Shown here: positions 25,590 through 39,526 of the stretch, piece by piece
Position numbering within the stretch: the stretch's first letter is position 1
How the letters are laid out: every line of letters starts with the position of its first letter
Origin: Dipteris shenzhenensis
Lineage: Eukaryota
Assembly: GCA_047967505.1 (NCBI GenBank)
Contig: CM106538.1
Strand: one strand, 5' to 3'
DNA length: 64,000 nucleotides
The notes under the pieces: generated by a model
The model's input: only the letters and a program-made list of their open reading frames with translations
Database searches by the model: none
Told to the model about the DNA's origin: nothing
Program-made: the position numbers and the translations under genes

Positions 25590-26680
25590 AGGTCTTTCTT
25601 GGGACTTCCCTCTGAACTGTGATCTGCCCCTTTGCACATTTAAGGTTGCATCCTGCTTGTTGCCGTCCATAGACTTCCGTCTAATCTCTCGGCCAACAAG
25701 CTACCCACAACACCATCAAATTTCAGTACTCCACTAGGTGCAGAGTTATTGATAGCTGTACGTAAGGTATCCCATGAGGATGGCAATGAACATAAGAGAA
25801 ATATGGCCTTAGTCTCTGCATCAAAATTCATCTTCTGAGCCTGAAGCTGGTTGAAAATAATATTGAATTCATTCAAGTGAGAAGCAATGGAGACCCCTTC
25901 CTTCATCTGCAACTCAAACAACCTCTCATGAGGTAAACTTTATTAGAGGCAGTTTCCTTTTCATAAGTGGCACACAGTTTCTTCCACAAATCTTCCATAG
26001 TCTACTCATTTACTACTGTGAAATAAACTGACTCTGCAAGATGAAGTCTAATAGTAGATTTTGCTAATGCATCGAACTCATTCCAATCATCCTCAGACAT
26101 ATTTGTAGGCTTAGCTTCAATCCTTGCCAAGGGTTTAATCTGCTTCTTTTGAATAAGCGCATCCCTTATTTGTTCTTTCCACAAAGAAAAGTTTGTCCCA
26201 TTAATGCTAAAAAACTCCTTTTTAGACATGGAAGAGGATGCCATGATGCAAATGAAGCAAAAATCCCAAATGCTAGTGCTTACAAGAGAGAACCACACCA
26301 AATTACCAGGTGCACCCAAATGTGTATGCTACAATAGAGTGAAATATCACCAAAACTCATGTCTCAAAGCATCTGACTCATGTGCATGTACTATGCATCC
26401 ATATGAGCAAATCTGGCCCAAAAGAAAATGCCAGTTGCAATGGCAATCCAAAATGCCAATAAGTGCCAAATGACTCAGGCATAAACACCGTCCACTGGCA
26501 TATGCATTAATAATATCTCATCCAAGAGAGCATAGCACTATCAGTGCATCACCTGCAATGTGTCAAAGCTATCCCTCAGCATAAAATAGCATCCATGTGC
26601 AAAGCATCCATAAAAATAGCATCCCACAAGGCAATTTGGGCCTATCAGTGGATCCAAATGGCCTATAAATCATCTTCTTC
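25590..26680 (-). mobile_element. Truncated copia (Tnt1/Tork-like) 5'UTR plus gag fragment; same family as the element at 32995-38508
   Basis: ORFs 26002-26319 and 25640-25921 (NFSLWK...STIRLHL; FLLCSLPSSWD). Near-identical to 36614-36822 and 36826-37330. Confidence 0.9.
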
Positions 26681-26699
26681 TTTGTGCATTAGAGTGAGT

Positions 26700-29600
26700 C
26701 GAGCTTGTGTCAGTGCCTCCGTCTGCTGAGCATGTGCAGAGGTTAAGGAGTTATAATAGGTCTTAAGGATTTTTGTTGCTTGTACTACTGCTGTCAGCTA
26801 TATTTGGCTTTGGTGGAGGTTGGAGATCACATCCCTCACTACCTTCTCTTGAGCTTGGAGAGCTTGGTTCATGCACACTTCTTCAACCTCCATCTCATCT
26901 ATTTGTGCTCGAAGTGCCTTGACCTCTCTGGCAATTTCCTAGAATTGGTCTTCGATTGCTATGGTAATCTATCTGTCCAATTCTTGTGCATGTCCCTCCT
27001 TGGCCAAGCTAGTGAATAGTTTGGACTTTTGGATCATTTAGCTAGCTTGATGATGGAGAATGACAGACGGTGATGAGGATTGGCGATACTGCTGATACAA
27101 TTGGTGCCCATGTAGCCATCCTGATGATTCTATAGTACTTGTTGGGGGTTGTTCCAATGGTATTACAATCACTTGGGTATAGTAGTCATACTGTTGATCT
27201 AGCACTAGCTCCCCTTGTGGCTCATGGACCGGCATGGCATCGATGAGCAATGCTGGTGCCAATGTAGCCTCAGGCTCTAGTGCTAATCTTGCCTCAAGAT
27301 CTAATGCCAATCTTGCCTCAGGCTTTGGCTACTACTACTATTGTTGGAGATATATTGGTTGCAGTTGTGCACCGAGCTATAGCATCTCATGGGGCAATTC
27401 CTCAATTTCAACCTCCAGAATAGGCATTTCTTCTAAGGTATCCGCATCTGCTAATGTGATAGTAGGAGAAGTTGGCGAGGGCTCCCATGCTGGTGAGAAG
27501 GGAATGTCCAACTCCTCACTAGGTTTTGGTGACTGGGGCAGAGTCATGTCTCATTCATATAGCTCTTTTTTTATGATTAAAGCCAATAAGTGGGGAATTT
27601 TACATTTTTGGCCTAATGAACCATTCAGTTTTTTTGTGAAGAAGATGACTAAGTATTGGATCCAATCTTGCTTTAGTTTCCTACTCAGCAAAACAAATGT
27701 GTGGCATGGAAGGGATCGATTCTTGCCGCACTTAACCCCCAGGGTTGTGGATAGGAATTGTGATGCTTCCTTGAGGCGAGGGTTAATGATGGTGCGAAGT
27801 AATATCCCATCCCTATGGAACATTGTACCCTTGGCGAGGAGAGGCTGTACTTTGAGAAATTTAGCATCGGTAGGCCTTGTAGGGTATTTGGCACCTTGTG
27901 TTGGGAGTGAGAAGGCCCTTTGAATGACTATACTATTGAGGATAATGTTGAGTGGGCTCTGATGTATAGTGATGGTGCCGTACTTGCCAACCTGTGCATT
28001 GTTGGAGTGGTAAGAATGGAGAAAGTTCCTGATGTATGTGGTCATTGTAGGACTGCCCTCCAAGTATTTGAGGCTCTCATACAAACTTCCCATACCCCTT
28101 TGCTCTAAGAGAGATGTTGTTACATTGGAAAGAGCATAAGTTGATGTAGGTGGCCACACAAGTTCCAATGACTGGGCCCCGTCAATGGCTGTGTAGGTTG
28201 TTGGTGACTTGGGTGGCATTTGTTCTTCTTGGGTTTCCATGTCATGCATAGAATCCTCCTTAAAGCTATCACTTTGAACCACAAGTGCCTATGGTGACCA
28301 TGGTTGAGAGGAGGTAGATGGCTGCGACCTGTGGAGGGGGTCCTGTGATTGAGGTGGTGGACTCTTTCTTCACATCCTCTTTAGTGGTGGCATGTTTCTG
28401 AATGTGCATCCATGTACATATGGTGTACCATTGATCATTAGATTAGTTGGCATGTAGGTATGACATTTGTGTGTGTTTGTGAGGGATCTTATTTTTACAA
28501 ATGCCTTGTGTGGCATAATTATTCATGCAATCGACTATGTGTCTAAGCGAATGCACGTGACCTAGTAACTAGGTAGGGACTAACTATATGATTTTTTGTT
28601 GTTGTTGAGATTTCATAGGGCAGCTAGGACTCAAGCATCACTTCTGAGCCTTAGGTTGAAATCAATTGATGCTACTTATATGTGCAAAGATGTACATATG
28701 CAAGTGAGTGCTCATGATACAATCTAATCCTAACTAAGGAAGACTTGGGTTTCCCAAATCATCAGGGATGGCTTGCGTGTTGAAGGAGTCACGCTTCAAT
28801 TGACTCCCATTTATGGTTGTGTTGAATTGGACTCCATCCAATGTTTCTAGCAGCACAGCTCCGATGGGATTCATCTTTCTTACTCGATAGGGTCCTTGAC
28901 GTAGATACTTGAGTTTTCCCTTGTGTACTTTGGCATTGTATAACAAGACTAGGTCACCTTCCTTGATGCCTTTGGCTTTAAGATTTCTGTCAAACCATGC
29001 CTTTCTTCTGCGTTTTTTTGTTGTCATGGCATGGTAGGTAACTAATTTGGTCTCTGTATGCTTCTCAAATCGATAGAGTCTTTCTTTCAAGGGGTCATGA
29101 TCTCCCATGTGTTCCTGTACTACTATGCATAGGCTTGGTATTACAAATTCTAGTGGGACCACAGCTTCAAGGCCATACACCAATTGAAAAGGTGTATTCC
29201 CTGTACTAACCTTGAGTGTGGTTCGGTATGCCCACCATAAGGCTGCATTTAGTTTCTCTGTCCAATCAGAACATTGTGGTTCTCCTACCTGATGATAATG
29301 CATAATATTTTGTTGGTGGATTTGACCTGTCCATTCCCTTGGGGGTAGTAGGGTGTGCTTTTTCTATGGATTACCATAAAGCCAAACACATTGACAAAAT
29401 GTGTGCCTCTATCCGACACAATTTCAATGGGGCATCTAGAACAATGGGGCATCTGGAACAGATGATCACATTCTCATATAAGAAACTTGTGCTGCTTCTA
29501 GCATCTACCATTTTGACTACTTTAGCTTCAGGCCATTTGGTAAAGTAATCAATGGCGACAATGATGTAGCGTGCCTATGTTCCCTTTACTATTGGATGGA

Positions 29601-30420
29601 TGCGACCCAAGTCAATCCCCCATTTTTCAAATGGTTTTTGTGCAACAACTGTTGTTAGTGGATTGAAGACTTTATGTTGGGGTTTAGTGGTCCATTGGCA
29701 TACATTACAACCTTTGACATATTCATAGGCATCTGCCCAAAGTAATGGCTACCAGTAGCTTGCGAGGAGGACTTTTCTTACTCTGGCTTCCCCTTCGAAG
29801 TGTCTTCCTGCAATGCCTTCATGGACTTCACTCAGGATTGGCATGATCTCATGAGGCATTACACATCTTCTTAAAACCTGTTCCTTGCCCATCTTGTACA
29901 GTTGTCCTACAATGACTTGATAGGGTGCAACCTTTAGAATCAATTTTCTGGCATCCACTGCTTATCTATTTCCTGCTTCTATTCCATTGGAGGTGGAGGT
30001 GTCACCTTTGTCGAGATCTTATTGGTCAACTGGCCTTCCTCTTGGGTCAGCTTCTCAGTTGCAGTTTGGTCGTGTTCCTCTTTTCTTGTATGCCCTCTTG
30101 TCCAAGAGCTGCCAAAAGGTTTTTTCTTTCTCTGAAGGGGAAAGAGAAGAAGCCCACATATGAGGCATCGGGTGTTGAAGCTTGTCCAATGCAGCTAGGA
30201 GATGTTGCTCCGATGTTGGAAAAACCACGATCTGTGGCCCTTCCAAGTCTGCTACCTCCATAAATGTACCTCCATAATCGGCAATGGCATAGGAGTTTCC
30301 TCATTCACTAGTTTCTCTTTGGGTTCCTTCTCAGGAGCCAACAGGAGAGGTCCAAGTATCTCTGTATCCATCTTCGACATTCATCTGGGAGAGCACAGTC
30401 AAGTTGTCTACTAGCGGCGA
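26700..30420 (-). mobile_element. Decayed non-chromovirus Ty3/gypsy (Athila/Tat-like) element: gag-like remnant, integrase and an extra downstream ORF; no RT/RNase H seen
   Basis: Integrase His-x-His region (EVHEGIAGRHF), KWGID...IVAIDYFTKWPEA, and AYRTT...TPFQLVYGLEAVVP...GPY. Same-strand ORF 27551-28282 lies downstream. Confidence 0.85.
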
Positions 30421-30489
30421 AAATGCCGCAAGGTTTGTGAAGTCAGGGTCAAAGTAGTCTCTTCCAAAAGAGGGTGAGGGGCATAGCCA

Positions 30490-31160
30490 CTATCACATGT
30501 CAAAACTCCACAGGCACATGGGCATATGCAACACAACCGAAAACTCTAAAGTGATCCACTGAAGGCTTTCACCCATGCCATGCCTCATAGGGAGTGATTG
30601 TCTTCAAAGCCTTTGTGGGAGCTCGATTCAAAACATAATTTGCACACATGAGGCCTTCGAGCCAAAACCTATGAGGCAACTTCTTACTAGTAAGCATGCA
30701 TCTATCCATCTCCATAAGAGTGTGATTCTTGTGCTCGGCTTTGCCATTTTACTAAGGTGTAAGCCTCACTGTAAGCTGATGCATGATGCCTTTCTCCTTC
30801 AAAAATGCCTCAAACTCATGAGACATATACTCCCCTCCTCTATCTGTGCGAAGTGTCCACCTTGAGTCTTGTCTCATTTTCAACCATAGCCAAAAAGTGT
30901 ATGTAATGCATAAACACTTCTAATTTTGCCTTAAGACCATAGACCCAAGGATACTTGGTGAAATCATCTATGAATGTAACATAATAGAGATAACCACCAA
31001 AAGCAGGTGTCCTCAAGGGACCGTAGACATCACTGCATATGAGCTCTAATTTAGGAGTAGCTCTTATTGTACCATCCTTCTTAAAAGAAAATCTATGCAT
31101 CTTGCGAAGGATGCAACCCTCACATGCATGAGGAGGAGGTGACTCCAAAGGAGGCAATCT
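30490..31160 (-). mobile_element. Copia integrase fragment
   Basis: CEGCIL.KMHR...LELICSDVYGP...YYVTFIDDFTK. Confidence 0.85.
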
Positions 31161-32250
31161 TGCATGCAGAATGAGGGATTCTCAATGAGTGTCATATTTG
31201 GCGAAGTGTGAGTTGAGCGAGACAAGAATGACGCAGGGAAGGAACCATACACAGGCTTGAGAGGGAGTGGAGGGAGCCTAAATGCGAGGGATGCAAGTTG
31301 CCATCACCGTCACTATCACCGTCCTCCATCCAATCCTAGCTCCATAAAACTACTACTACTAATACTCTTTCATCTTCATTGTTGTATGCACAAGTTTGGA
31401 ATACAAGCTTCAGGTTCATATTCTCCCTCTTTCTTGCCTTGTGTTATCTTTTATTGCTTGCATCCATCTTGGGTACTCCCTTGATTGAGAATAATTAATG
31501 GCAATGATTATAATGTACACTCCTTTTGATAATTTGTCATCACTTAGTACCAAGGCCTATATCTTTACATTGCTTCTTCTTTCAAAAGATACGATTTATG
31601 CTTTCATTTAGTGATGCATTTGGGAGAATAGTTATGAAGATGGCCTACTCTTGCCCCAGCCTGTGTGTTCCCTTTTGGTGATATTACTATGGAGACAACC
31701 CACTCGTAACCCATTCAATGTTGCTTTAGTGAGATACTGAGATGTTCCACCTTTACCTTCATCTTTTTAAATCTAGGATTTAAAGGTTCTTCCCAAGAAG
31801 GGTTCAATGTATGATCTTTATTGTGATGACTCCCTTGGGTCTCACAATAGGTAAGAATCCTTATATAATTTTAACTATCTTTGTGAAAATTTCCTTGGGA
31901 TTATACCTTTTCTCTAGGATTATCCCTTTCCTTTCATTTCCCATGTTCCATTCCCTTATCTTTCCTTCTTATTACCCTCCCCCCCAACTCCATTCTTTCA
32001 ATTCAAATTCTACACGTTGTAGTTTTTGGGATCTTTCCTATTATGGTGTTCTTGCATCTCTCACCATGTTTGTTACATGGTTAGAATGGTTCCCCTATGG
32101 CTTATTGGACGTTTCAGTAATGGTAAGCCTCACTAAGTTAGCCATTTGTACTGATGACCATTAATAAGTGTATGAAATAAATAACTACACTTTTATTTAC
32201 TGTTAGTTACAAAAAATAGTTAAAATAAAATAAGTTATCTTAGAAATTAT

Positions 32251-32455
32251 TTACTTAGGCTATTCTAACCAGATTGCATGAAAGGTATACATATAGAAAA
32301 CTCTATTTTTAAAATTTGGAGAGTACTATCTCCTACAAACAATATAGATATAGATATTACTTAGGCTATTTTAACCAGATTGCATGAAAGGTATACATAT
32401 AGAAAACTCTACTTTTTAATTTGACGAGTACTCTCTCCTATAACCAATATATATA
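32251..32455. repeat. ~106-bp tandem duplication
   Basis: TTACTTAGGCTATT(C/T)TAACCAGATTGCATGAAAGG at about 32251 and 32357. Confidence 0.85.
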
Positions 32456-32994
32456 TTAGTTTTTAGCTATGTATTCTTTCCTATTGTGTACTCTTCTTGG
32501 GTGATTTGGATGCTAGACAGTGGATCTGGACTAATGCAAATCTAGACCATAGAACCAAATTCGAACCATTAGTTCTGAACCCTCGAATACAAGTAATGAA
32601 TTTGTGTGAATCTTGTTAAGAATAGTGCAAATTGCACTATTGTAAAAAGGACTATAAAGGAAAGGGACTATCCCTAACCCTAACCTTAATCCTAACATTT
32701 AGGGGTAAAGATGTATATATGTTTTTCATACATTTAGTGTATAGCTATAGATCATGTTTCCTCCTCACTCCCCTACTAAAAAAAGCCCATGGTTTTTTGT
32801 ACTTGGATCTCTTGTAGTATTTTGTGTGTGCATCTTGTAGTCTAGGGTGGGATCTATACTCATGCTTTTGATCTGAGCTTCCTAGGTAAAGATATCACAT
32901 TTTGAAGCATCCAACTTCTTGTGTTCCTATACTTCTTTTAGACATTCTAGCTAAATAGATGAGGAGAGACTTTCTTTTTCATTATTTTATAGAG

Positions 32995-35900
32995 TGAGAG
33001 TGCTCTCAACGGAAGCAAGAGTGGAAGAGGGAGAGAGAGAGAGACAGAGACAGAGAGCCACAAGTTTTGGTGGGTGCAGAACCACCCTAATCTTCTTTTT
33101 CATTCATTTATATATGTGTTTAAGTATTGTACATAACTGGGGTAAAGGCACAGTGACCTTTAACCCCCACAACCTCCCACTTAAAGGACAATGTGCCTTT
33201 AAGGGAGAACAACCAGTGAGCATACTATCCAATGCCCATCAATACACGACAATACTCAAACCGCTGACTAGGTAGACTCTTCGTCAGCATATCTGCAGGG
33301 TTATCATCTATATGAACCTTGACAAGCTCTATGCGCTTGTCGTCAAGTACCTCCCTGATGAAATGGTACCTGACCTCAATGTGTTTGGTCTTTGCATGAA
33401 AGACCGGATTCCGTGCTAGCTGAATAGCACTCATGGAATCACTATGCAATGTCGGTACACCTATATGAATCCCCAAATATCCCACTAGTTGATCAAGCCA
33501 TATAGCCTCCTTGCAACCCTCTATGGCTGCAACATACTCAGCCTCTGTAATAGACAAAGCAACGCACTTCTGTGCGCGAGACATCCACGACACTGCACCA
33601 CCTGCAAAGGCGAACACATAACCAGAAGTGAATCTCCTACTATCCACATGCCCTGCATAGTTTGAATCTGTGTACCCAAGTACACGCATGTCTCCTCTAC
33701 CAAAGCAGATGCACATCTCCTTGGTACCCTTCATGTACCTCATGATGCACTTAACTGCCTCCCAATGCCTCTTTCCTGGATTAGCCATATATCGGCTAAC
33801 AACTCCCACTGCAAATGCAATGTCTGGTAGCTATCATAGCATACATAAGACTCCCAACTGCTGATGCATAAGGAACCTTGGCCATCATGGCCCTTTCCTC
33901 ATCTAATTTGGGACTATCTGTATGACTCAGTTTCACATATGGAGGCAATGGAGTACTCACTGCCTTCCCCCCCTCCATATTGAAACGCTGCAATACTTTT
34001 GTAACATACTCTTTTTGTGAAAGCCAAAGGAGTTTCCTACTCCGATCACGCGTGATGCACATACCAAGAATATGACCTGCAAGTCCCAAATCCTTCATAT
34101 CAAAGGCCTCATGCAACTTGGCCTTTAATGCATCTAGTTCATAAGTATTCTTGCTAGCCAATAGCATATCATCCACATATAGTGCCAGGATTATCAGGCT
34201 ATTATCCTTAGCCCTTTTAGTGTAGAGGCAGTGATCAATTTCACTCCTTCTAAAACCCTGGGACCGAATGAAAGCATCAAACTTCTGATACCATTCTCTA
34301 GGCACTTGCTTAAGACCATAGAGACTCTTCTTCAGCTTGCAAACTAAATGCTCTTTGCTCTTTTCTTCAAAGCCTTCCGGCTGCACCATGTAAATTTCCT
34401 CATGTAAATCCCCATGCAAGAAAGCTGTCTTGACATCCATCTGCATAAGCTCCATATCCTCTACTGCCACTAGTCTAAGCATGCATCTAAGTGTGGTCAT
34501 CTTCACAACTGGAGAGAATATCTCATCAAAGTCCACACCCTTCTCTTGCTTGAACCCTTTAGCAACCAAACGGGCCTTTGTACCTAGGCACATCATCACC
34601 TGTGACCTTCATTTTGTAGACCCATTTACATGGCAATGCTTTCTTTCCATGTGGCAAAGAAACCAAGTCCCAAGTCTTATTTTTCATAAGTGAACTCATC
34701 TCTGATTGCATAGCATACTTCCACTTGCGTTGATCCTCATGCATCATAGCCTCTCTGTAGCAAGAAAGCTCCCTGCAATCAGTAAGCATCACATAGTCTA
34801 CCCCTGGAACAAACCTATCAGGCAGTCTAGACACTCTAGATGATCTTCTCAAGGGCATTTCAGCTTGCTGTCCCACCTGCATATCAGCCACATTTGGCTC
34901 ATCATTTCCACCAATAGATGATCCATCATCTACCCTTGATTGTATACCTATGGGAGTACTTGGTGGTACCATTTCTTGCACATTTGGTGCATGGACAGCT
35001 TGCTGTCTATCAACATATGTAGGTGGATTCACATCCTGGAAAGTGATTCTCCTCATTTCCACATCCCTCATGGGTGCCTTATGCATCTTCTTCTCATTGA
35101 AGACCACATCATGGCTGCGTATGATCTTCTTTGCTTCTGGATCCCAGAGACGATAGCCCATCTCTCCACTTTCACCATAACCTAGAAAGATGCATTTCCT
35201 AGAAGCTTCTTTCGAAGCTCTTTTGGCACATGTGCATATGCCTCACACCCAAATATGCGCAACTGAGAGTAAGAGGGCTTCTTGCCACTACATGCCTCTT
35301 CAGGAATACCACCATCCAAACTCTTACTAGGTGATCTATTGATCACATGCACTGCAGTCTTCATTGCCTCAGCCCAAAAACCACCAGAAAGACTTGCATT
35401 GGAAAGCATGCATTGCAACCTTTCTTGAATGGTATGGTTCATCTTTTCTGCAACTGGATTTTGCTCTGGAGTACGAGGGGATGTGAGCTCCCTCTTAATC
35501 CCACGTGTATCACAGAAATGCTGAAAGTCATGAGAGAGACACTCTCCACCATTGTCAGTCCGTAGGCATTTAAGCGTTCTACCTGACTGATTCTCAACCA
35601 AGGCCAGCCATTTCTGAAATACCTGGAACACATCACTCTTCTGAGCTATAGCATAAGCCCACACTTTCCTAGTTGCATCATCAATGAATGTCACATAGTA
35701 TTCAGCCCCGCCTAATGGCCGTGTAGGCATGGGACCACATACGTCTGAATGCACCAAATCAAGCATTTCAAACTCTTTCTTTCCCCTTCTTTTATGGGCT
35801 GATTTAGTCTGCTTCCCATAGAGACAATGCTCACAAAATTCAAAATCAGAGAAACTCAAATGCGGTACATAACCCAAACGGCATAAGAGTTTCATTCCAT

Positions 35901-38508
35901 TCTGGCTCATGTGCCCCAACCTGCAATGCCACAAAGAAGTGCTTGGCTGCTCGGTTATTGCAACAACATGATCAAATACCCCTGATACATGTAAGGGATA
36001 CAAAGTCCCACACTTGGCACCCCTGGCCAAAAGCATAGAGCCCTTCTGAATTTTCCAACTCTGAAAGCCAAAAGTGGTGTGAAAACCAGCATCATCTAGC
36101 TGACCCACTGAAATAAGACTCTTGGTCAGCTTAGGCACATGTCTCACATGTTTTAAAATAAATGCAGACCCATTTGCAAAAGAAAACTTTATGTCACCTG
36201 CTCCCACTATGTCACATGCATAGTCATTTCCAAGATGCACACAACCTATCTTTCCACTGTCATAAGTGGAGAACCATTCCCTATGGGGAGTAACATGGAA
36301 TGAAGCACCAGAATCCAAAATCCAATCCTGGGAATATGCATCATCTGAAGTGGTAAGCAACTCTGCAGATAAACTGGACATGAAGAGAACGTCATTGTCA
36401 CTATCATGTGTGACTGCATTGATCTCTTTGATCTTCACTTTTCCTTTGTCCTCCCTTGGACTCTCTTCCTTTTGATTTGCACCCCAATTTGCATTCTTTT
36501 TCTTATCCTTTTTCTCTCTTTTCAGCTTGTAGCAATCCTTTTTCATATGGCCCTTCTTGCCACAATGGTAACACTCAATGTTCCGTACCCTAGATTTGCT
36601 ACGAGACTTCCCTCTTTCTTGGGACTTCCCCCTGAACTGTGATCTACCCCTTTGCACATTTAAGGCTGCATCCTGCTTGTTGCCTTCCATAGACTTCCGT
36701 CTAATCTCCTCAGCCAACAAGCTACCCACAACATCATCAAATTTCAGTACTCCACTAGGTGCAGAGTTATTGATAGCTGTACGGAAGGTATCCCATGAGG
36801 ATGGCAATGAACATAAGAGAAATACAAAGAAAAGTTTGTCCCATCAAACTTTTTAATGTTGAAAAACTCCTTTTCAGACGTGGAAGAGGACGCCATGATG
36901 CAAATGAAACAAAATCCCAAATGCTAGTGCCTGCAAGAGAGAATCACACCAAATACCAGGTGCACCCAAATGTGTATGCCACAATAGAGTGAAATATTAC
37001 CAAAACTCAAAGCTCAAAGCATCAAAAGATGCATCTGACTCATGTGCATATACTATGCATCCATATGAGCAAATCTGGCCCAAAAGAAAATGCCAATAAG
37101 TGCCAAATGACTCAAGCATAAACACCGTCCACTAGCATATGCATCAATAATATCTCATCCAAGAGAGCATAGCACTATCAGTGCATCACTTGCAATGTGT
37201 CAAAGCTGTCCCTCAGCATAAAATAGCATCCATGTGCAAAGCGTCCATAAAAATAGCATCCCACAAGGCAATTTGGGCCTATCAGTGCATCCAATAAGGA
37301 CCGTAATGCATCCAAATGGCCTATAAATCATCCACTGCAACCCATTGCATACCACGAATGAGCGCACCTGCAACCAGAGTGATCTGCATAAGGTATGCTC
37401 ACGAACTCATAGTCCCACGGTAAGGAGCGCTACTGAAAATAGAACCTGAGATGCCTAAAAACATGGGCGCCATTGCATAATCAAACTCAGCAAGAAAATC
37501 TGCAAATATCTCTCTTCTGCCAGAACTCCAAAATCCCAACCGATGAGTGAGAAATGGGAGTCAACACTTATCCACTGCCATGTGGTATAAATCTAAGGTT
37601 TCAAAACCTTAGAATGAAAAATGCAAAATAGAGAGACGAAATCGAATACACAGAGATCTATAACTCTGAAAATTCTCCACCGAATCGCGCAAGAACTGAC
37701 AGGTAGGGGTTTTTGGGCGTCCGGAACGCAATGGGACAGACGGTTTTGGAAACCGTGGTCTCAATCACTGGGTCCAACACACGAACTGAAAAACGTTTTT
37801 GGAAACAGAGTTGTTTGTAAACTCCACCGGAGTGCGAATGATGAGCAACATAGAAGTTTTAGGACCTCCTGAGTCCATCGGAACTGATAGATCTGCAAAT
37901 GGTTGCTCCAAACTTGAGTTCCAACACCCGAGCAAAAAACGCAGAAACTGACACAGTGAGTCAGAAATCCAATGAAATGATCCCAGATTCAAGAAGAAAG
38001 GTGTTTCCAAGCTCCTGAAGTGAAGTGGACACCAAAAGCAAACAATAGTTGCCTCTACAAGTCAATACAGAGTCTCTGTCATCGAACGGAACAGGGAAAA
38101 GCTCAAAAAACGACTTTTTCTTTGAAAACACTTAACATGCTCTCAAAACCACTTCGCAAAGCCAAAGTGACTTTTCCAAAGGTTCCTCCAAGGTCTCTGC
38201 ACACTCAAATGCAAGTAAAGTCACCCACAAAGCTTCCCACAAAGCTTCTCCTTCCTCCCACAGAGTTGCTGAGCTTCCAAGCATTCACACATGCTCAGCT
38301 AGATCACTCAAGCTCTGATACCAGTTGAGAGTGCTCTCAACGAATGCAAGAGTGGAAGAGGGAGAGAGACAGAGACAGAGACAGAGACAGAGAGCCACAA
38401 GTTTTGGTGGGTGCAGAACCACCCTAATCTTCTTTTTCATTCATTTATATATGTGTTTGAGTATTGTACATAACTGGGGTAAAGGCACAGTGACCTTTAA
38501 CCCCCACA
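32995..38508 (-). mobile_element. Near full-length Ty1/copia LTR retrotransposon (Tnt1/Tork-like), frameshifted
   Basis: LTRs 32995-33171 and 38326-38508 (TG..CA; a few substitutions and a 6-bp microsatellite indel). TSD TAGAG on both sides. tRNA-iMet PBS (TGGTATCAGAGC, 38312-38323, minus) and PPT at about 33172-33182. Domains in copia order: zinc knuckle CYHCGKKGHMKKDC, protease WILDSGAS, integrase, RT YVDD, RNase H KHIEVRYHF. Confidence 0.97.
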
Positions 38509-38729
38509 TAGAGACCTTATGTGGAGGATCCCCTTGTGCACTCTGAGTATAGTGACTTGATATTTGAAGCCTTGAGAGATTTCTTAGACCCTGATGTACC
38601 TCAATTTTAATTGTCTCAAGATCCAATAGTCCAATCATTGGCCTCCTCAACTTCTAGCTACACGAGCCCCAAAGGACCTACCAAATATCTATGCTTAGCA
38701 TTGTTAGTAGCTGCCTCAATCTCCATTGC

Positions 38730-39175
38730 AATCGTTGAGCATGCTTTTTGCATATAAGAATTATTTCTGCCCTTGTCTAGCTCTTGTTACATTTGCACTT
38801 TGCAACACCCAGTTCAAGCTAACAGACTGCCATTAGCCAATTTGTCTGATTGGAAACCCTACCTAGCTTTTTGCACTACTCCTATGTTGGCCTCATGTGC
38901 ATAGACCACTTTGATCATCAAGGTCACCAGTCGGTCGAGATTCAATCTCAATTGTCCAATGTAGACCACAATTGTTGAGCATGCTTTTTGCATATAGGAA
39001 CTATTGTTGCCCTTGTCTAAAGCTATAAGACTATCATTAGCATTTCTGTCTCATTGGAAACTCTACCTCACTTTTTGCACTACCCCCTTGTTGGCCTCAC
39101 GTGCATAGACCACTTGACCGTCAAGGTCGCCAGTTGGTTGAGATTCAACCTCAATCATCCAATGTAGACCATCTA
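38730..39175. repeat. ~240-bp diverged tandem duplication
   Basis: GTTGAGCATGCTTTTTGCATATA...CCAATGTAGACCA occurs twice. Confidence 0.8.
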
Positions 39176-39526
39176 AAACCCAAAAAATGACTACCTATAT
39201 ATCCAGTGAGACCCCACTGGAAAACTCATTTAACCACCAGCCTACACGTACATAGAAAAAACAATGCAACTTACAAAATCACGACACCTAACTGTAATCA
39301 ATATTTTAAAACAATCACATTAAGTGTAATAAAATTAAACAAGTAAATTAAAATTTCAAATTAACCATTTCAGTCAATAGACAACAAACATGACTACATT
39401 TTATTAATCAAAAACATAATATCCAAAACTTTGCGACATAAGCGCATACATCAAGTTTTGACTACCACTATAGCTTCTTCTCCATACATTCAAAATTGAA
39501 AACAATTCTCCATAAGCTTATCTATA

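Noticed and set aside
32671-32695. CCCTAA-like telomeric repeats
   Set aside because: Only about four degenerate units; uninformative.
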